Shown: positions 18,210-28,455 of the stretch, one piece after another
How the letters are laid out: each line of letters starts with the position of its first letter
Position numbering within the stretch: the first letter of the stretch is position 1
From: an uncultured Gammaproteobacteria bacterium
Lineage (GTDB): Bacteria > Patescibacteriota > Patescibacteriia > Veblenbacterales > UBA10138
Assembly: GCA_964453605.1 (NCBI GenBank)
Contig: CAYVOI010000001.1
Location: 21,182-85,181 of the forward strand
DNA length: 64,000 nt
Reading direction: 5' to 3'
Notes under the pieces: generated by a model
Databases searched by the model: none
What the model saw: the letters and a program-made list of their open reading frames with translations, nothing else
What the model was told of the DNA's origin: nothing
Translations under genes and position numbers: made by a program

Positions 18210-21023
18210 CTAAGGGGTAACCTGTACTGTTACCTTAGGCCCAGGTTGACTACTACCATTTACGTCCGTACTGAGCAGCGAGAGGGTGTAGGTTCCTGGT
18301 GTAGCGGAGGCCCAGGTGAATTCGGCTTCAGGCCCTGGGTTTTGTACCACGCCAAGCCACTGCGATGGGCCATTCTCCGGCTTGAGGTAGAGGTCGAGTT
18401 GTTTAGTGCTGTTTGAGTTCTTCAGTGCCACTGTAATTTGCTTAGGAAATTCAGCCGCGCCGATTTGCTGGCCAGCCGTGAGGTTGCTGAACGACATTTG
18501 GTAGGTTGAAGGTAGTGGCGTGACGAGAAGGTTAAAGGTGGCGCTCGTGCTGCCGCTGTTGCCAATGTCGTCATACGCTACCGCGCGTATGGTGTGGAAG
18601 CCGTTAGCCCAATCCTCAGTTACCGGGAAGTTTAAGCTGAACGGGGCTTCCGAGACTGTGCCCAACTCCTGCTCGTCCATGAAGTAGGTTACCTTATCAA
18701 TCGGGCGCAGGCTCTGTAGGTTGACACTAAGACTGAGAGGGTTTTGGGTTACCGTTTGGTTTGGCAGTGGTGAGGTCAGCGTAACTTGTGGGCGGTTAGC
18801 CTCGGTGTGGATGTTATCGTAATCTTGCGGAAGAGGCTCATCTATCAAGCCGTGCGTTTGTGCCCAAGACCTAACTGCTGCTTCCCAAGTCGCATACTGT
18901 GGGTTAGCCTCGGGGTTTTGTGGCGCAGGTCCTAGCGGGTCGCCCGGCGTAACGTAGCGCAAGATAGTATGGTACTCGTGGAAAATTTTTGGGATGCGGT
19001 ACTCAGGTGGGGTGAGATCGGTGGCGCGTTTGCCCGAGAGTTTATCGAGTACTACCACCTCACCTAAGGTTCCGGCCAGCACTGGTTTGTCAGGTGAGGT
19101 GGCTGTGGGCGGGGTAAAGCTTTGCACCGGTAGGTCTTTGGTGGCAGCTTGCATGAACGCCTGCCAAATCGGCGCTGCCACCACTGAGCCATCAGCACCT
19201 TTCTTCATAGCTTCGTTGGCGCTATTCCCCACCCAAACCCCCGCGGCAATTTGCGGCGTGTAGCCCAAAGTCCAAGCATCATGGTAATCGTTCGTGGTGC
19301 CAGTCTTAGCGGCGACTGGTCGGTCAGGCAGAGTGAGGTGGTTAGCGCTGCCAAAAATGTAACTCCGAGCATCGTTGTCCGAGAGCACGCTGGTCAGGGT
19401 GCGCACTACGTTCGGGTCTACCACTTGGTTGCCTGGCGTGTCTTGGTACTGTTCTAGTGTTGTCCCCTTAGGGTCTTCTACCTTAAGTATACCGATGGTT
19501 GGTTTGGTAATACCCTCGCGCGCGAACGTGGCGTAGGTTGAGGTATGCTCAAGCAAGCTGACCTCGGCACCCCCCAGCACCAGCGATAAGCCGAAGCGGC
19601 TGCGGTCGGAGAGCGTGGTGTAGCCCAAAGCTTGGGCTAGGTCCAGCACCTTGCTAATGCCCGTAAGGTAGAGGAGCTTAACTGCTGGAATGTTGAGTGA
19701 GCCAGCCAGCGCTTGCCGCAGGGAAACGGGTCCGCGTTCTTTGCCATCGTAGTCATGTGGTGCGTAGTCTTTGGTGTCCGTTTTAAAGGTAGTAAAGACG
19801 TCGAAGAGTATGGTCTCGGGGGTAAACCCTTCGCTGAAGGCTTGGGTGTAGACCACAGGTTTGAACGAGGAGCCTGGCTGCCGCGGCTGCACGGCGACGT
19901 TCACCTGACCTTGGATAGCGTCGTCAAAGTAGTCGCGGCTCCCCACCATAGCGAGCACCTGGTTGGTGGGTACGTCGAGTGCGACCAGCGCCGCGTTGTT
20001 GGCGTTGTAGGCTTTGTTTTTCTGAGCACTCGCTGCCACAGCTGCCTCAGCTTGTTTTTGCTTATCAAGGTCGAGCGTGGTTATCACCTTGAGCCCGCCA
20101 CCCTCCGCGGTGCGCTCGCCGTAGGTGTTGGCTAGGAGCTCTTTAATGTAGAAGACAAAGTGAGGCGCGATAATACCCTCTCGTCGCGGCTGGAACTTGA
20201 CTTCTACCTTCTCGGCCGCTTTAGCCTCAGCCAAGGTAATGTACTTTTGGTCGGCCATGCCCTCTAAAATGTAGTGCTGCCGCGCAAACAGTTCGTCGCG
20301 GTGGTTGCCCCAAGGTGAGTAGTGGGTAGGAGCTTGGGCCATGGCTGCCAGAATAGCGCTCTCGGCCAAGGAGAGGTCTTTCACGCTCTTACCAAAGTAG
20401 GTTTGAGAAGCAGCCTCGGCGCCATAGGCATTACTCCCGTAAGGAATTTCATTAAGGTAGAGCTGCAAAATTTCATCTTTGGAAAACTTACGCTCGATTT
20501 CGTAAGCCAGGATAAGCTCCTTTACTTTGCGGAAGATGGATTTCTCATTGCCCAAGATGGCGTTCTTAATAAACTGCTGGGTGATAGTGGAGCCGCCCTG
20601 GGCTCGGCTACCTTTGACCAGGTCCACCAACATCGCGCGCAGTAAAGAGGTTAGCCTAAAACCGTGGTGTTCATAGAACTGCCGGTCTTCGGCGGTAAGC
20701 GTGGCCTCGATTAGTGTCTTGGGCACGTCTTTAAGTTCTACGGCCGTACGGCGCTCGGCGCCGTGGATGTCGTAGAGCACTACCTTGCCCGTGCGGTCGT
20801 AGATTTTGGTACTCTGGGCTACTATGCGGTGGGCTATGCCCTCCGGCGTGGGGAGGTCGCGGCTGGCCCAAGCAAATACTGCCACCAGGAGCAGTGTCCC
20901 GCTCCCCACCACAATGCCGGATAGTTTTAGCCACCACAGCCAGGTGCGTCGTGGCCGCACGCTGCGCTCGCGCCAACGCGTAGGACGGGGTTTGGTGACT
21001 CGGCGAAAATCGCGCAGGGGCAT
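18210..21023 (-). CDS. Class A penicillin-binding protein (PBP1a: transglycosylase plus transpeptidase) with a roughly 300-aa C-terminal beta-rich extension
   Basis: Transglycosylase GGSTITQQ, transpeptidase SSFKP, KTGTT. ATG at 21021-21023 is preferred over the GTG at 21080 because it avoids overlap with tyrS. Confidence 0.9.
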   Translation of the reverse strand: MPLRDFRRVTKPRPTRWRERSVRPRRTWLWWLKLSGIVVGSGTLLLVAVFAWASRDLPTPEGIAHRIVAQSTKIYDRTGKVVLYDIHGAERRTAVELKDVPKTLIEATLTAEDRQFYEHHGFRLTSLLRAMLVDLVKGSRAQGGSTITQQFIKNAILGNEKSIFRKVKELILAYEIERKFSKDEILQLYLNEIPYGSNAYGAEAASQTYFGKSVKDLSLAESAILAAMAQAPTHYSPWGNHRDELFARQHYILEGMADQKYITLAEAKAAEKVEVKFQPRREGIIAPHFVFYIKELLANTYGERTAEGGGLKVITTLDLDKQKQAEAAVAASAQKNKAYNANNAALVALDVPTNQVLAMVGSRDYFDDAIQGQVNVAVQPRQPGSSFKPVVYTQAFSEGFTPETILFDVFTTFKTDTKDYAPHDYDGKERGPVSLRQALAGSLNIPAVKLLYLTGISKVLDLAQALGYTTLSDRSRFGLSLVLGGAEVSLLEHTSTYATFAREGITKPTIGILKVEDPKGTTLEQYQDTPGNQVVDPNVVRTLTSVLSDNDARSYIFGSANHLTLPDRPVAAKTGTTNDYHDAWTLGYTPQIAAGVWVGNSANEAMKKGADGSVVAAPIWQAFMQAATKDLPVQSFTPPTATSPDKPVLAGTLGEVVVLDKLSGKRATDLTPPEYRIPKIFHEYHTILRYVTPGDPLGPAPQNPEANPQYATWEAAVRSWAQTHGLIDEPLPQDYDNIHTEANRPQVTLTSPLPNQTVTQNPLSLSVNLQSLRPIDKVTYFMDEQELGTVSEAPFSLNFPVTEDWANGFHTIRAVAYDDIGNSGSTSATFNLLVTPLPSTYQMSFSNLTAGQQIGAAEFPKQITVALKNSNSTKQLDLYLKPENGPSQWLGVVQNPGPEAEFTWASATPGTYTLSLLSTDVNGSSQPGPKVTVQVTP

Positions 21024-21063
21024 AGGTACTAGTGTAGTATATGGTACAATACAAAAACGAGCT

Positions 21064-22269
21064 ATGCGCAACGTGGCCACAACTCAACTCGAGACTATTG
21101 CTGAACTCCTCACGCGCGGCGTGGAAGAGGTGTTTGTGCGCAAGCACCTAGAAGAGCGACTCTTGAGGGGTGACAAGCTTAGGGTAAAGCTCGGCATAGA
21201 CCCCACTGGCCCCAGGGTTCACCTTGGGCGAGCCATACCTTTGTGGAAGCTTAAGGATTTTCAAACTCTCGGGCACCAGGTGGTTATTATCATCGGCGAC
21301 TTTACCGCTAAAATTGGTGACCCCTCAGATAAGCTTGCCAAGCGGCCGATGCTTAGTGATGCAGAAATAAAACAGAACCTCGCAACTTATAAAGAGCAGC
21401 TGGGGAAGATACTTGATCTGTCGAAAGTTGAGTGGCGCTACAACAGCGAGTGGTTGAGCACACTAACGTTTACCGAAACAGCCCAGTTGGCAGAGAGCTT
21501 TACGGTGCAGCAAATGCTCGCGCGCCGGAACTTTAAAGACCGCGTGAAGGCTGGGCAAGAGATAAGCCTACGCGAGCTTATGTACCCGCTGATGCAGGGG
21601 TATGATTCAGTAGCTGTTAAGGCTGACTTGGAGCTTGGAGGGGTTGACCAACTCTTTAACCTGCAGGCTGGCCGCGTTATTCAGGAGCAGTACGGCCAGA
21701 AACCGCAGGACATTTTAGTTACCGAAATGCTTGAGGGCACCGATGGCCGCAAAATGTCTACCACCTGGGGGAACGTAGTACTTATTACCGACCAGCCAGG
21801 GCAAATGTTTGGTAAGCTTATGTCGGTAAAAGATGAGCTTATAGAAAAGTACCTACTCCTCACAAGCCGGTTGCCGATGGCGCGCGTAAAAGAGCTCCAG
21901 GCCGACCTCAAGCGAGGCAAGAACTACCGTGATGTAAAAGCGGCTATGGCCAAAGCAGTTGTGGCACTCTACCACGGCACGGTAGCCGCCACTCAGGCCG
22001 AAGCTGAGTTTGGCCGGGTGCATAAAGAGGGCAAATTACCAGACGAAGTGCCAGCATTTCCAGTACCCAAGGGCAAAAAAGAAACACCCATTACTGATCT
22101 ACTGGTCTACCTTAAGTTGGCCTTATCTAAGAGTGAAGCCCGCCGTTTGGTAGAGCAAGGAGGAGTTAAGGTCGGTGGTAAGGTAGAAAAGCGGTGGCAG
22201 GCGAGCGTGAAGCTCGTCTCCGGTTTGGTAGTTCAGGTTGGCTCACGCAAGTTTGCAAGGCTCACCTAG
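21064..22269 (+). CDS. tyrS: Tyrosine--tRNA ligase
   Basis: HIGH-region GIDPTG..HLG, KMSKS variant KMSTT, and a C-terminal S4-like domain. The start is ATG at 21064 (MRNVATTQ); the longer track ORF is an upstream over-extension. Confidence 0.9.
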   Translation: MRNVATTQLETIAELLTRGVEEVFVRKHLEERLLRGDKLRVKLGIDPTGPRVHLGRAIPLWKLKDFQTLGHQVVIIIGDFTAKIGDPSDKLAKRPMLSDAEIKQNLATYKEQLGKILDLSKVEWRYNSEWLSTLTFTETAQLAESFTVQQMLARRNFKDRVKAGQEISLRELMYPLMQGYDSVAVKADLELGGVDQLFNLQAGRVIQEQYGQKPQDILVTEMLEGTDGRKMSTTWGNVVLITDQPGQMFGKLMSVKDELIEKYLLLTSRLPMARVKELQADLKRGKNYRDVKAAMAKAVVALYHGTVAATQAEAEFGRVHKEGKLPDEVPAFPVPKGKKETPITDLLVYLKLALSKSEARRLVEQGGVKVGGKVEKRWQASVKLVSGLVVQVGSRKFARLT

Positions 22270-22335
22270 GGTTTTGGGCATAAAAATAGACCCAACATAC
22301 AGGACGTATATTGGGTCAGTACTTTAGGTTGGTTT

Positions 22336-23502
22336 TCAGCGCGCGAATGGCTTGCAGACTTTAGCTTTAAGGTCGAGGTATCGTAGGTAAATAGTTTGCT
22401 TCTCCCGCGGTAGTGCATCGAGCCTTGGCACAACCGGACCATCGCATGCCACTACAGCATAGGATTTTTCCAGTTCCTGCAACCTTGTAGCTTGGGCCAG
22501 CTCCGCCTTGCGCTGTTGCTCAGCTTCTTTCTGCCGCCGCTTCGCGAGTTTTTTCTCGTCAATCGGTTTAGGGACCTTCACTTTTCTTGGCCACCAAACT
22601 CGCTCGAGCAGCGCATCTATCATGGAGACAGCCCAGAACCCGAACTCTACTAGGGCTACAATCCCAGGTGCTACGAAAGGGCTGGCGACAAGTAGGTAGT
22701 ACCACGGCGCGTAAATCTTGAATACGAAATTCAGGAGTTCCAGGACGCCGAATACGATTATGGTAAGAACCGGCACGCAGACCTGAACGATTAGCTGTCT
22801 CTCTTTACCATTTTTGTTTTCAGCAAAGAAGTTGTAAGCACGCTTTGCGTGATCCCAAACATCATCGTTGTCGTACCTGAACGGGTGGATAACAGCTTTC
22901 CAGCCAACTTCACGCTGCGCTAGTATAAAAGTCCATAAGAAAGCAGCGCAGAATCGGACCAGGGTTTTGGCGATCACCCAGAGTAGCACTAGCGGCGGCT
23001 GAATGGTGTATGCCAGGATGCGGCGACGCCGGAACTGGCACTGGTCCCGTGGGTAGGTTTCAAACCACAGGTTGACCCAGAATTTTTCCCAGCCAGCTGT
23101 CTCTTTGGCGAAGAACTCCCTTGCCACCTGAACCGTGATCCCAGTTTGGGCGTAGCCCACGGCCAGCCGATCACCTTCAAGTATATTAGATTCGTAGCCA
23201 CCGTGCCAGGTTTTGGACAGGTACAGTTTTTTTAGCTTCCGTATGCCCGTCGGGCTTGACACAATGCACGCCGCAATCCTCGTCTTGCCGGGTCGCGAGA
23301 ACGTGATGAAGGTGAGCATTTGATTGAGGGGGAGGAGCTGGCGGTCAACGTCCCGCCCGTTGTTGATGATAGCGAGCAGGATATATTGATTTTTTTCTTT
23401 CTCTTGTTTCAAGTGTTGCAGGTCTTCCTGTGTGATGCACCAGCGAACGGGGATGACAGGGCTGCCCGCGTCTTTACTGTTTACTATGAGTTTCATGCTC
23501 AC
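22336..23502 (-). CDS. Hypothetical protein (388 aa): N-terminal soluble domain, central TM helices, C-terminal K/E-rich coiled-coil
   Basis: Long ORF with coding-like composition. No recognisable family. Confidence 0.55.
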   Translation of the reverse strand: MSMKLIVNSKDAGSPVIPVRWCITQEDLQHLKQEKEKNQYILLAIINNGRDVDRQLLPLNQMLTFITFSRPGKTRIAACIVSSPTGIRKLKKLYLSKTWHGGYESNILEGDRLAVGYAQTGITVQVAREFFAKETAGWEKFWVNLWFETYPRDQCQFRRRRILAYTIQPPLVLLWVIAKTLVRFCAAFLWTFILAQREVGWKAVIHPFRYDNDDVWDHAKRAYNFFAENKNGKERQLIVQVCVPVLTIIVFGVLELLNFVFKIYAPWYYLLVASPFVAPGIVALVEFGFWAVSMIDALLERVWWPRKVKVPKPIDEKKLAKRRQKEAEQQRKAELAQATRLQELEKSYAVVACDGPVVPRLDALPREKQTIYLRYLDLKAKVCKPFAR

Positions 23503-23755
23503 TCCTCTTGGTTGTTTTACATAATGATTTATGGTTTACGGTTCTTCGCCAGGCATTCTTTGCATTAAAGTGTGCCCGCTGAAGCAGCGTAAACGTTTGT
23601 TAAATAACAATACACTATAGCTTATGCCCTTGCCGTTGTCAAGGGATAGCTTGTGTAACATTTTTCTTGTTACGCCGTTTTATATACCAGAGGGCGCCGG
23701 GCACGGTCCGCAGGAATGGGTCGTGTTTGGCGCCACTCTGCTATTTTGGCTTAGT

Positions 23756-24274
23756 TTACAAACCCCTTTGCTGGTGGGTTAAGCCGCAGAGCGCCACTGC
23801 TACAGCGTCAGCTGCGTCATCGGGCTTGGGTGCTTCTTTGAGCTTGAACATAAGCTTCAGCATCTTCTGCACCATGAGTTTATCAGCTCGGCCCTGGCCA
23901 GTGGCGGCAAGCTTTACCTCCTGCGGGCTAAACTCGTAGAGTGGACAGCCGAAGTGGGACACCGTGAGGGTAATAACCCCTCGGGCTTCTGCCACTGCCA
24001 TGGCGGTTTTGACGTTGGTAGAAAAGTACAGCCGCTCCAAGGCAACTCCGGTAGGTTGGTGTTGCTTCAAGAGTTTCTCTACTTCGTGTGTTAGCTCTAA
24101 GAGCCGTTCACTGTGGGGAAGTTTTTTGTCTGTTTCAATACAGCCGAAGGTTATAAGCTTCGGGCTGCTACCACTGCCCGTGAGTACAGCGTAGCCGGTG
24201 CGCCCAAGCCCAGGGTCAATACCCAGGATTCTAACATCAGGCCTGGTTGTCGAAGTGCCCCGTGACATCGTCAT
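23756..24274 (-). CDS. ruvC: Crossover junction endodeoxyribonuclease RuvC
   Basis: ILGIDPGLGRTGYAV and DAADAVAVAL catalytic motifs. Start ATG at 24272-24274 or 24266-24268. Overlaps the end of yebC. Confidence 0.85.
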   Translation of the reverse strand: MTMSRGTSTTRPDVRILGIDPGLGRTGYAVLTGSGSSPKLITFGCIETDKKLPHSERLLELTHEVEKLLKQHQPTGVALERLYFSTNVKTAMAVAEARGVITLTVSHFGCPLYEFSPQEVKLAATGQGRADKLMVQKMLKLMFKLKEAPKPDDAADAVAVALCGLTHQQRGL

Positions 24275-24953
24275 CTGCCTCCAAAGCTTCTCGGAGTTCA
24301 TCAAGCTTTGCCACCACCTTTTCATCCGCCACTTCTACCGTAGCTTTTGGAACCATTTCAAGGTCAGCATAGCCTGGAGTTAGGCCGCTTTGGGCTAACG
24401 CCGCCTTAACTGCCTCCAAGGCCTTAGGTTCACTAGTCACAATGAGCTGGCCTTCTTCGTCAGTGATGTCAGAAGCCCCAGCTTCAATGAGCGCTAGCTC
24501 CAACTCATCGCGACCATTTTGTGGAAGAGGCGCCTGCACAACGCCCTTGAGTTCAAACTGCCAAGCTACAGAGCCGGCTTCGGCCAGCCTCCCACCAGAA
24601 GTGTCGAGTAGGTGTTTGAGGTTGGAGTGGGTGCGGTTCTTGTTGTCGGTCAAGGTTTGAATGAGCATGGCCACACTACCTGGGCCGTAGGCTTCGTAGG
24701 TAATTTCTTCCACCTGTGTACCCTCGCCGCCGCCTGCACCACGCTTTACCGCGCGGTCAATGTTGTCTTTGGGCATGTTGACCTCGCGCGCGCGGTCTAT
24801 AGCGAGCCGGAGTTTGAAGTTCATGGAGGAATCGCCCCCACCTTTGGCCGCCACGGTAATAAGCTTGGCCATTTTCGTAAAGACCTGGCTGCGTTTAGCA
24901 TCAGCCACGCCCTTTTGCCGCTTAATTGTTGCCCACTTAGAGTGTCCGGACAT
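24237..24953 (-). CDS. yebC: YebC/PmpR-family DNA-binding regulator
   Basis: N-terminus MSGHSKWATIKRQKG. The track extension to 25037 is upstream read-through. Confidence 0.85.
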   Translation of the reverse strand: MSGHSKWATIKRQKGVADAKRSQVFTKMAKLITVAAKGGGDSSMNFKLRLAIDRAREVNMPKDNIDRAVKRGAGGGEGTQVEEITYEAYGPGSVAMLIQTLTDNKNRTHSNLKHLLDTSGGRLAEAGSVAWQFELKGVVQAPLPQNGRDELELALIEAGASDITDEEGQLIVTSEPKALEAVKAALAQSGLTPGYADLEMVPKATVEVADEKVVAKLDELREALEADDDVTGHFDNQA

Positions 24954-25035
24954 AAGCCCAGGTATTGTAGCAGCCGGCCCTGGTACTGTCAGCCTTGGCT
25001 TGGTTGGCTCCACTGCCCTTGGTATACTACTAACC

Positions 25036-26103
25036 ATGGCACAACCCTCCTACCTCGATACACCAGAAGCCGCGGCCAGCGTTGACTCAGTGGGCTTACA
25101 CAAAATTTTGCGTGAGTTCCCAGACCAGCTCGAGACGGCCACTCGGGAGTTTGCCAAACTCGAACTACCGAAAGCCTGGGCTGGGGTGACTTCAGTAGTC
25201 TTCTGCGGCATGGGCGGCAGCGCGATTGGCGCAGAGCTAGTGCGAACACTGCCTGCTGCCATGGTCCGCAAACCCTTGAGTGTGGTGCGTGACTACGAGT
25301 TGCCGGCGTACGTTGGGCCTGAAACACTTGTGGTGGTAGTAAGCTACTCAGGTGACACCGAAGAGGCGGTAGCGTGTTTTACTGAAGCTAAGAAACGTGG
25401 CTGCCCGCTGATGGTAGTAACCAGTGGAGGTAAGTTAGCCAAGCTGGCTCGTGAGGCGGACACCACCCTGTACCAGTTTACCTATCAAGCCCCGCCGCGC
25501 GACGCTTTGGGGTTTTTGTTTGCACCGCTGCCCCGGGTGCTTGAAGCAGCTGGCGTGCTGAGCCCAGGCGAGGGAGACCTCGCGAGCGCTATAGGGAGCC
25601 TTAAGGGACAGCAAGCCAGCCTGGCCCCCGAGGCGCCGAGTGCCAAGAACCCGGCCAAGCACTTAGCGTACCAGCTGCTTGACCACGTGCCGCTAGTTAT
25701 TGGTACTGAAGTAACCTCAGGCGTGGCGCGTCGGTGGAAGAACCAGTTTAACGAGCACGCCAAGAGCGCAAGCTTTAGCGAGGTGCTGCCCGAGGCAGAT
25801 CACAATATGGTGGAGGGATTCACTTTTCCCGTGCGTTTCCGTGACGATGTGGTGGTCGTTACCCTGCGCACAAGTTTTGACCAGCCTGACGTGGCGCGCC
25901 GGGTGGGGCTGCTCAAAGACTACCTCCATAAGCAGCACGTAGCTTGCGAGGAAATAACGGCGCCCAAAGGTGATGTGTGGGCGGAGAGGCTGTGTTTGGT
26001 AGCGTTAGGAGATTGGGCCAGTTACTACTTGGCACTCCTTAACCACACTGACCCCTCAGCTATTCCCGCCATAACAGAGCTCAAGGCGAAGCTCAGGGCG
26101 TAA
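25036..26103 (+). CDS. Bifunctional phosphoglucose/phosphomannose isomerase (SIS domain, archaeal-type PGI/PMI)
   Basis: SIS motif VVFCGMGGSAIG and a second SIS half. Start ATG at 25036 (MAQPSYLD). Confidence 0.7.
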   Translation: MAQPSYLDTPEAAASVDSVGLHKILREFPDQLETATREFAKLELPKAWAGVTSVVFCGMGGSAIGAELVRTLPAAMVRKPLSVVRDYELPAYVGPETLVVVVSYSGDTEEAVACFTEAKKRGCPLMVVTSGGKLAKLAREADTTLYQFTYQAPPRDALGFLFAPLPRVLEAAGVLSPGEGDLASAIGSLKGQQASLAPEAPSAKNPAKHLAYQLLDHVPLVIGTEVTSGVARRWKNQFNEHAKSASFSEVLPEADHNMVEGFTFPVRFRDDVVVVTLRTSFDQPDVARRVGLLKDYLHKQHVACEEITAPKGDVWAERLCLVALGDWASYYLALLNHTDPSAIPAITELKAKLRA

Positions 26104-26109
26104 GGCGTT

Positions 26110-27672
26110 ATGGGGTTGTTACAGTGGCTCAACGCGAAGCCTGGGCGGTGGCTGGTGGTGGTCGGCGTTTGTGCGCTGGCCGTGTTTGGGTACCTGCAGC
26201 CACCGGGTATATTTACTGATCCCGATTCCTTTTACCACCTGAGGCTTACGACCATGCTGCGGGATGGCGGTTTGGTTAGGGATTTTCCGTGGACCCAAGC
26301 CGCACTCTACAAAAACATTTTTATCGACCACCATTTTGGCTACCACCTCTTGCTCTTACCGTTTGTCAGTGTGCTGCCAGAGTTTGCCGGCATGCAGGTG
26401 GCCACGGTGGTATTTGCAACATTCTCGGTGCTGGTGGTGGCCTGGTGCCTCAAGCGCTGGAAGGTGCCGTACTGGGGTGTTGGGGTACTCGTGCTCCTAA
26501 CTTCGAGCCCGCTCCTGTTTCGCCTGTCACTGGCTAAAGCGCCGTCTATTGGTGTCGGGGTAGCATTTGTAGCGTACTACCTCATTATTGAGCGGCGTCT
26601 GGGGTGGTTGTTCTGGTGGACGTGGTTTTTTACCTGGCTCTACAGCGCCTGGCCCTTAACGATTGTTATGGCCGGCGTGTACCTTACCATTGATGCACTT
26701 AATGTTAATAAAGTAAGCTTTAGCGCGGCGTGGCAGAGGCTCTGGCGAGTGGAAAATGTAAAACTTATGGGCGTAGTGGCGGCAGGGTGTGTGGCTGGGC
26801 TTGTTATCAACCCGTACTTTCCCACCAACTTACTCTACTTAAAACAGCTTTTTACCATGGCGCTGGTAGCTTACCACAAGTTTATTGGCATTGGGGCCGA
26901 GTGGTACCCCTACGACCCGTTTGAGCTGCCGGCGCACGTTTCCTACCCGCTTCTGGTTTGGTTGCTCGCGACCGTAGCTGGCCTGTTTAGCCTCAAGCGC
27001 CAGAGCACTATGGCTCGCACCAGCTGGGCGATGACGCTTATATTTTTAGCTTACACGTTTCGGGCTCGGCGGCAGGTGGAGTACCTGGTGCCCTGGCTGG
27101 TGCTATCGAGCAGCCTGACCCTCAGGGATTGGGTAGGGAGTGACCTTAGAGCTGCCTGGGCTAGCCTTAAAGCCAAGGCCGACAGTTGGCAGCCAGACTG
27201 GCTTAAGCGGCGGGTGGTGCGCGGCGCTATCGGGCTCTACTTGCTTATTTTTATTCCCGTCGGGCTCTGGCATGGTGTGGAATCAACGCAAGAAGCACTA
27301 CGCGATGGGTTTACTTTTGGTACGCTCCGAGGTGCATCCACATGGCTCAAACAGAACACGCCAGCACATTCGATTGTGTTTCAAACTGACTGGGGAACGT
27401 TTCCCATGCTGTTCTACTACAACACCCACAACTATTACTTGACCGGCCTGGACCAGACATTCATGTACGAGCACAACCACGACCTGTACTGGGCCTGGGT
27501 GAACACCACCTCCGGCGACCGATCAGACGCCTACCACGTGGTGCACGACTTATTTGGTGCGTCCTATGTACTGGTGGAGAAGCGCGTCGGCATCATGCTC
27601 CGGGTGCTGCAGCACGACCCCAGGTTTCACAAGGTGTATGAGGACAAGGAGGCGCTGGTCTTTGCGCTCTAA
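26110..27672 (+). CDS. Polytopic membrane protein (520 aa, about 13 TM); putative GT-C glycosyltransferase
   Basis: First extracytoplasmic loop carries FTDPDSFYHLRLT, reminiscent of the DPxFxxR loop motif of STT3/ArnT-type GT-C enzymes. Embedded in the glycosylation cluster. Confidence 0.5.
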   Translation: MGLLQWLNAKPGRWLVVVGVCALAVFGYLQPPGIFTDPDSFYHLRLTTMLRDGGLVRDFPWTQAALYKNIFIDHHFGYHLLLLPFVSVLPEFAGMQVATVVFATFSVLVVAWCLKRWKVPYWGVGVLVLLTSSPLLFRLSLAKAPSIGVGVAFVAYYLIIERRLGWLFWWTWFFTWLYSAWPLTIVMAGVYLTIDALNVNKVSFSAAWQRLWRVENVKLMGVVAAGCVAGLVINPYFPTNLLYLKQLFTMALVAYHKFIGIGAEWYPYDPFELPAHVSYPLLVWLLATVAGLFSLKRQSTMARTSWAMTLIFLAYTFRARRQVEYLVPWLVLSSSLTLRDWVGSDLRAAWASLKAKADSWQPDWLKRRVVRGAIGLYLLIFIPVGLWHGVESTQEALRDGFTFGTLRGASTWLKQNTPAHSIVFQTDWGTFPMLFYYNTHNYYLTGLDQTFMYEHNHDLYWAWVNTTSGDRSDAYHVVHDLFGASYVLVEKRVGIMLRVLQHDPRFHKVYEDKEALVFAL

Positions 27673-27682
27673 ACCGCTAGCT

Positions 27683-28432
27683 ATGTCGGAAAAGTACCCT
27701 GGGGTTAAGGCGGTTGCGGTACTGCCCGCCTACCACGCCGTGCATACACTGGCCCAAACGCTGGCTGATGTACCAGGTGGCTGGATTGATGAAACAATTT
27801 TAGTTGACGACGCAAGTCACGACGGCACCGCTGAGCTCGCCCGGTCTTTGGGGCTCACGGTATTCGAGCACCCTAAGAACTTAGGCTATGGCGGCAATCA
27901 AAAAACCTGCTACCGTGAAGCGCTGAAGCGCGGGGCCGATATTGTCATCATGATTCACCCTGACCACCAGTACGATCCACGCCTTGTGCCCGAGCTGCTG
28001 CTCCCGCTCATTCGCGGCGATGCTGACGCGGTGTTTGGCTCGCGCATGATGCTCCCGGGCGGAGCCCGTAAAGGTGGCATGCCGTTCTGGAAGTATGTCG
28101 CCAACATTGCCCTCACCAAACTTGAGAACTTGGTCTTGGGGCTCCAGCTCACTGAGTACCACTCGGGGTTTCGCGCTTACTCGCGGCGAGCGCTCGAGGG
28201 CGTGAACTTTCAGGCCAATTCCGACGATTTTGTCTTCGACACCGAAATCATCATTGAGCTCAGGCTCAAGGGTTTTCGTATTCAAGAGGTACCCATTACT
28301 ACACGCTACTTCAAGGGCGCTTCTATGATCAGCTTCCGCCGTAGTGTGCAGTATGGGCTTTCTATTCTCCAAAACCTGGGGCAGTACCTGCTCTTTCGCC
28401 TCCACCTTAAGTCTTATGGCAAGTTCTGTTAG
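27683..28432 (+). CDS. GT2 glycosyltransferase, polyprenol-phosphate hexose synthase type (DPM1/GtrB-like)
   Basis: VDDASHDGT and a DxD-type catalytic core. ATG at 27683 (MSEKYPG). Confidence 0.8.
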   Translation: MSEKYPGVKAVAVLPAYHAVHTLAQTLADVPGGWIDETILVDDASHDGTAELARSLGLTVFEHPKNLGYGGNQKTCYREALKRGADIVIMIHPDHQYDPRLVPELLLPLIRGDADAVFGSRMMLPGGARKGGMPFWKYVANIALTKLENLVLGLQLTEYHSGFRAYSRRALEGVNFQANSDDFVFDTEIIIELRLKGFRIQEVPITTRYFKGASMISFRRSVQYGLSILQNLGQYLLFRLHLKSYGKFC

Positions 28433-28455
28433 CGTGCTATAGTGCGCTAAGGTTT

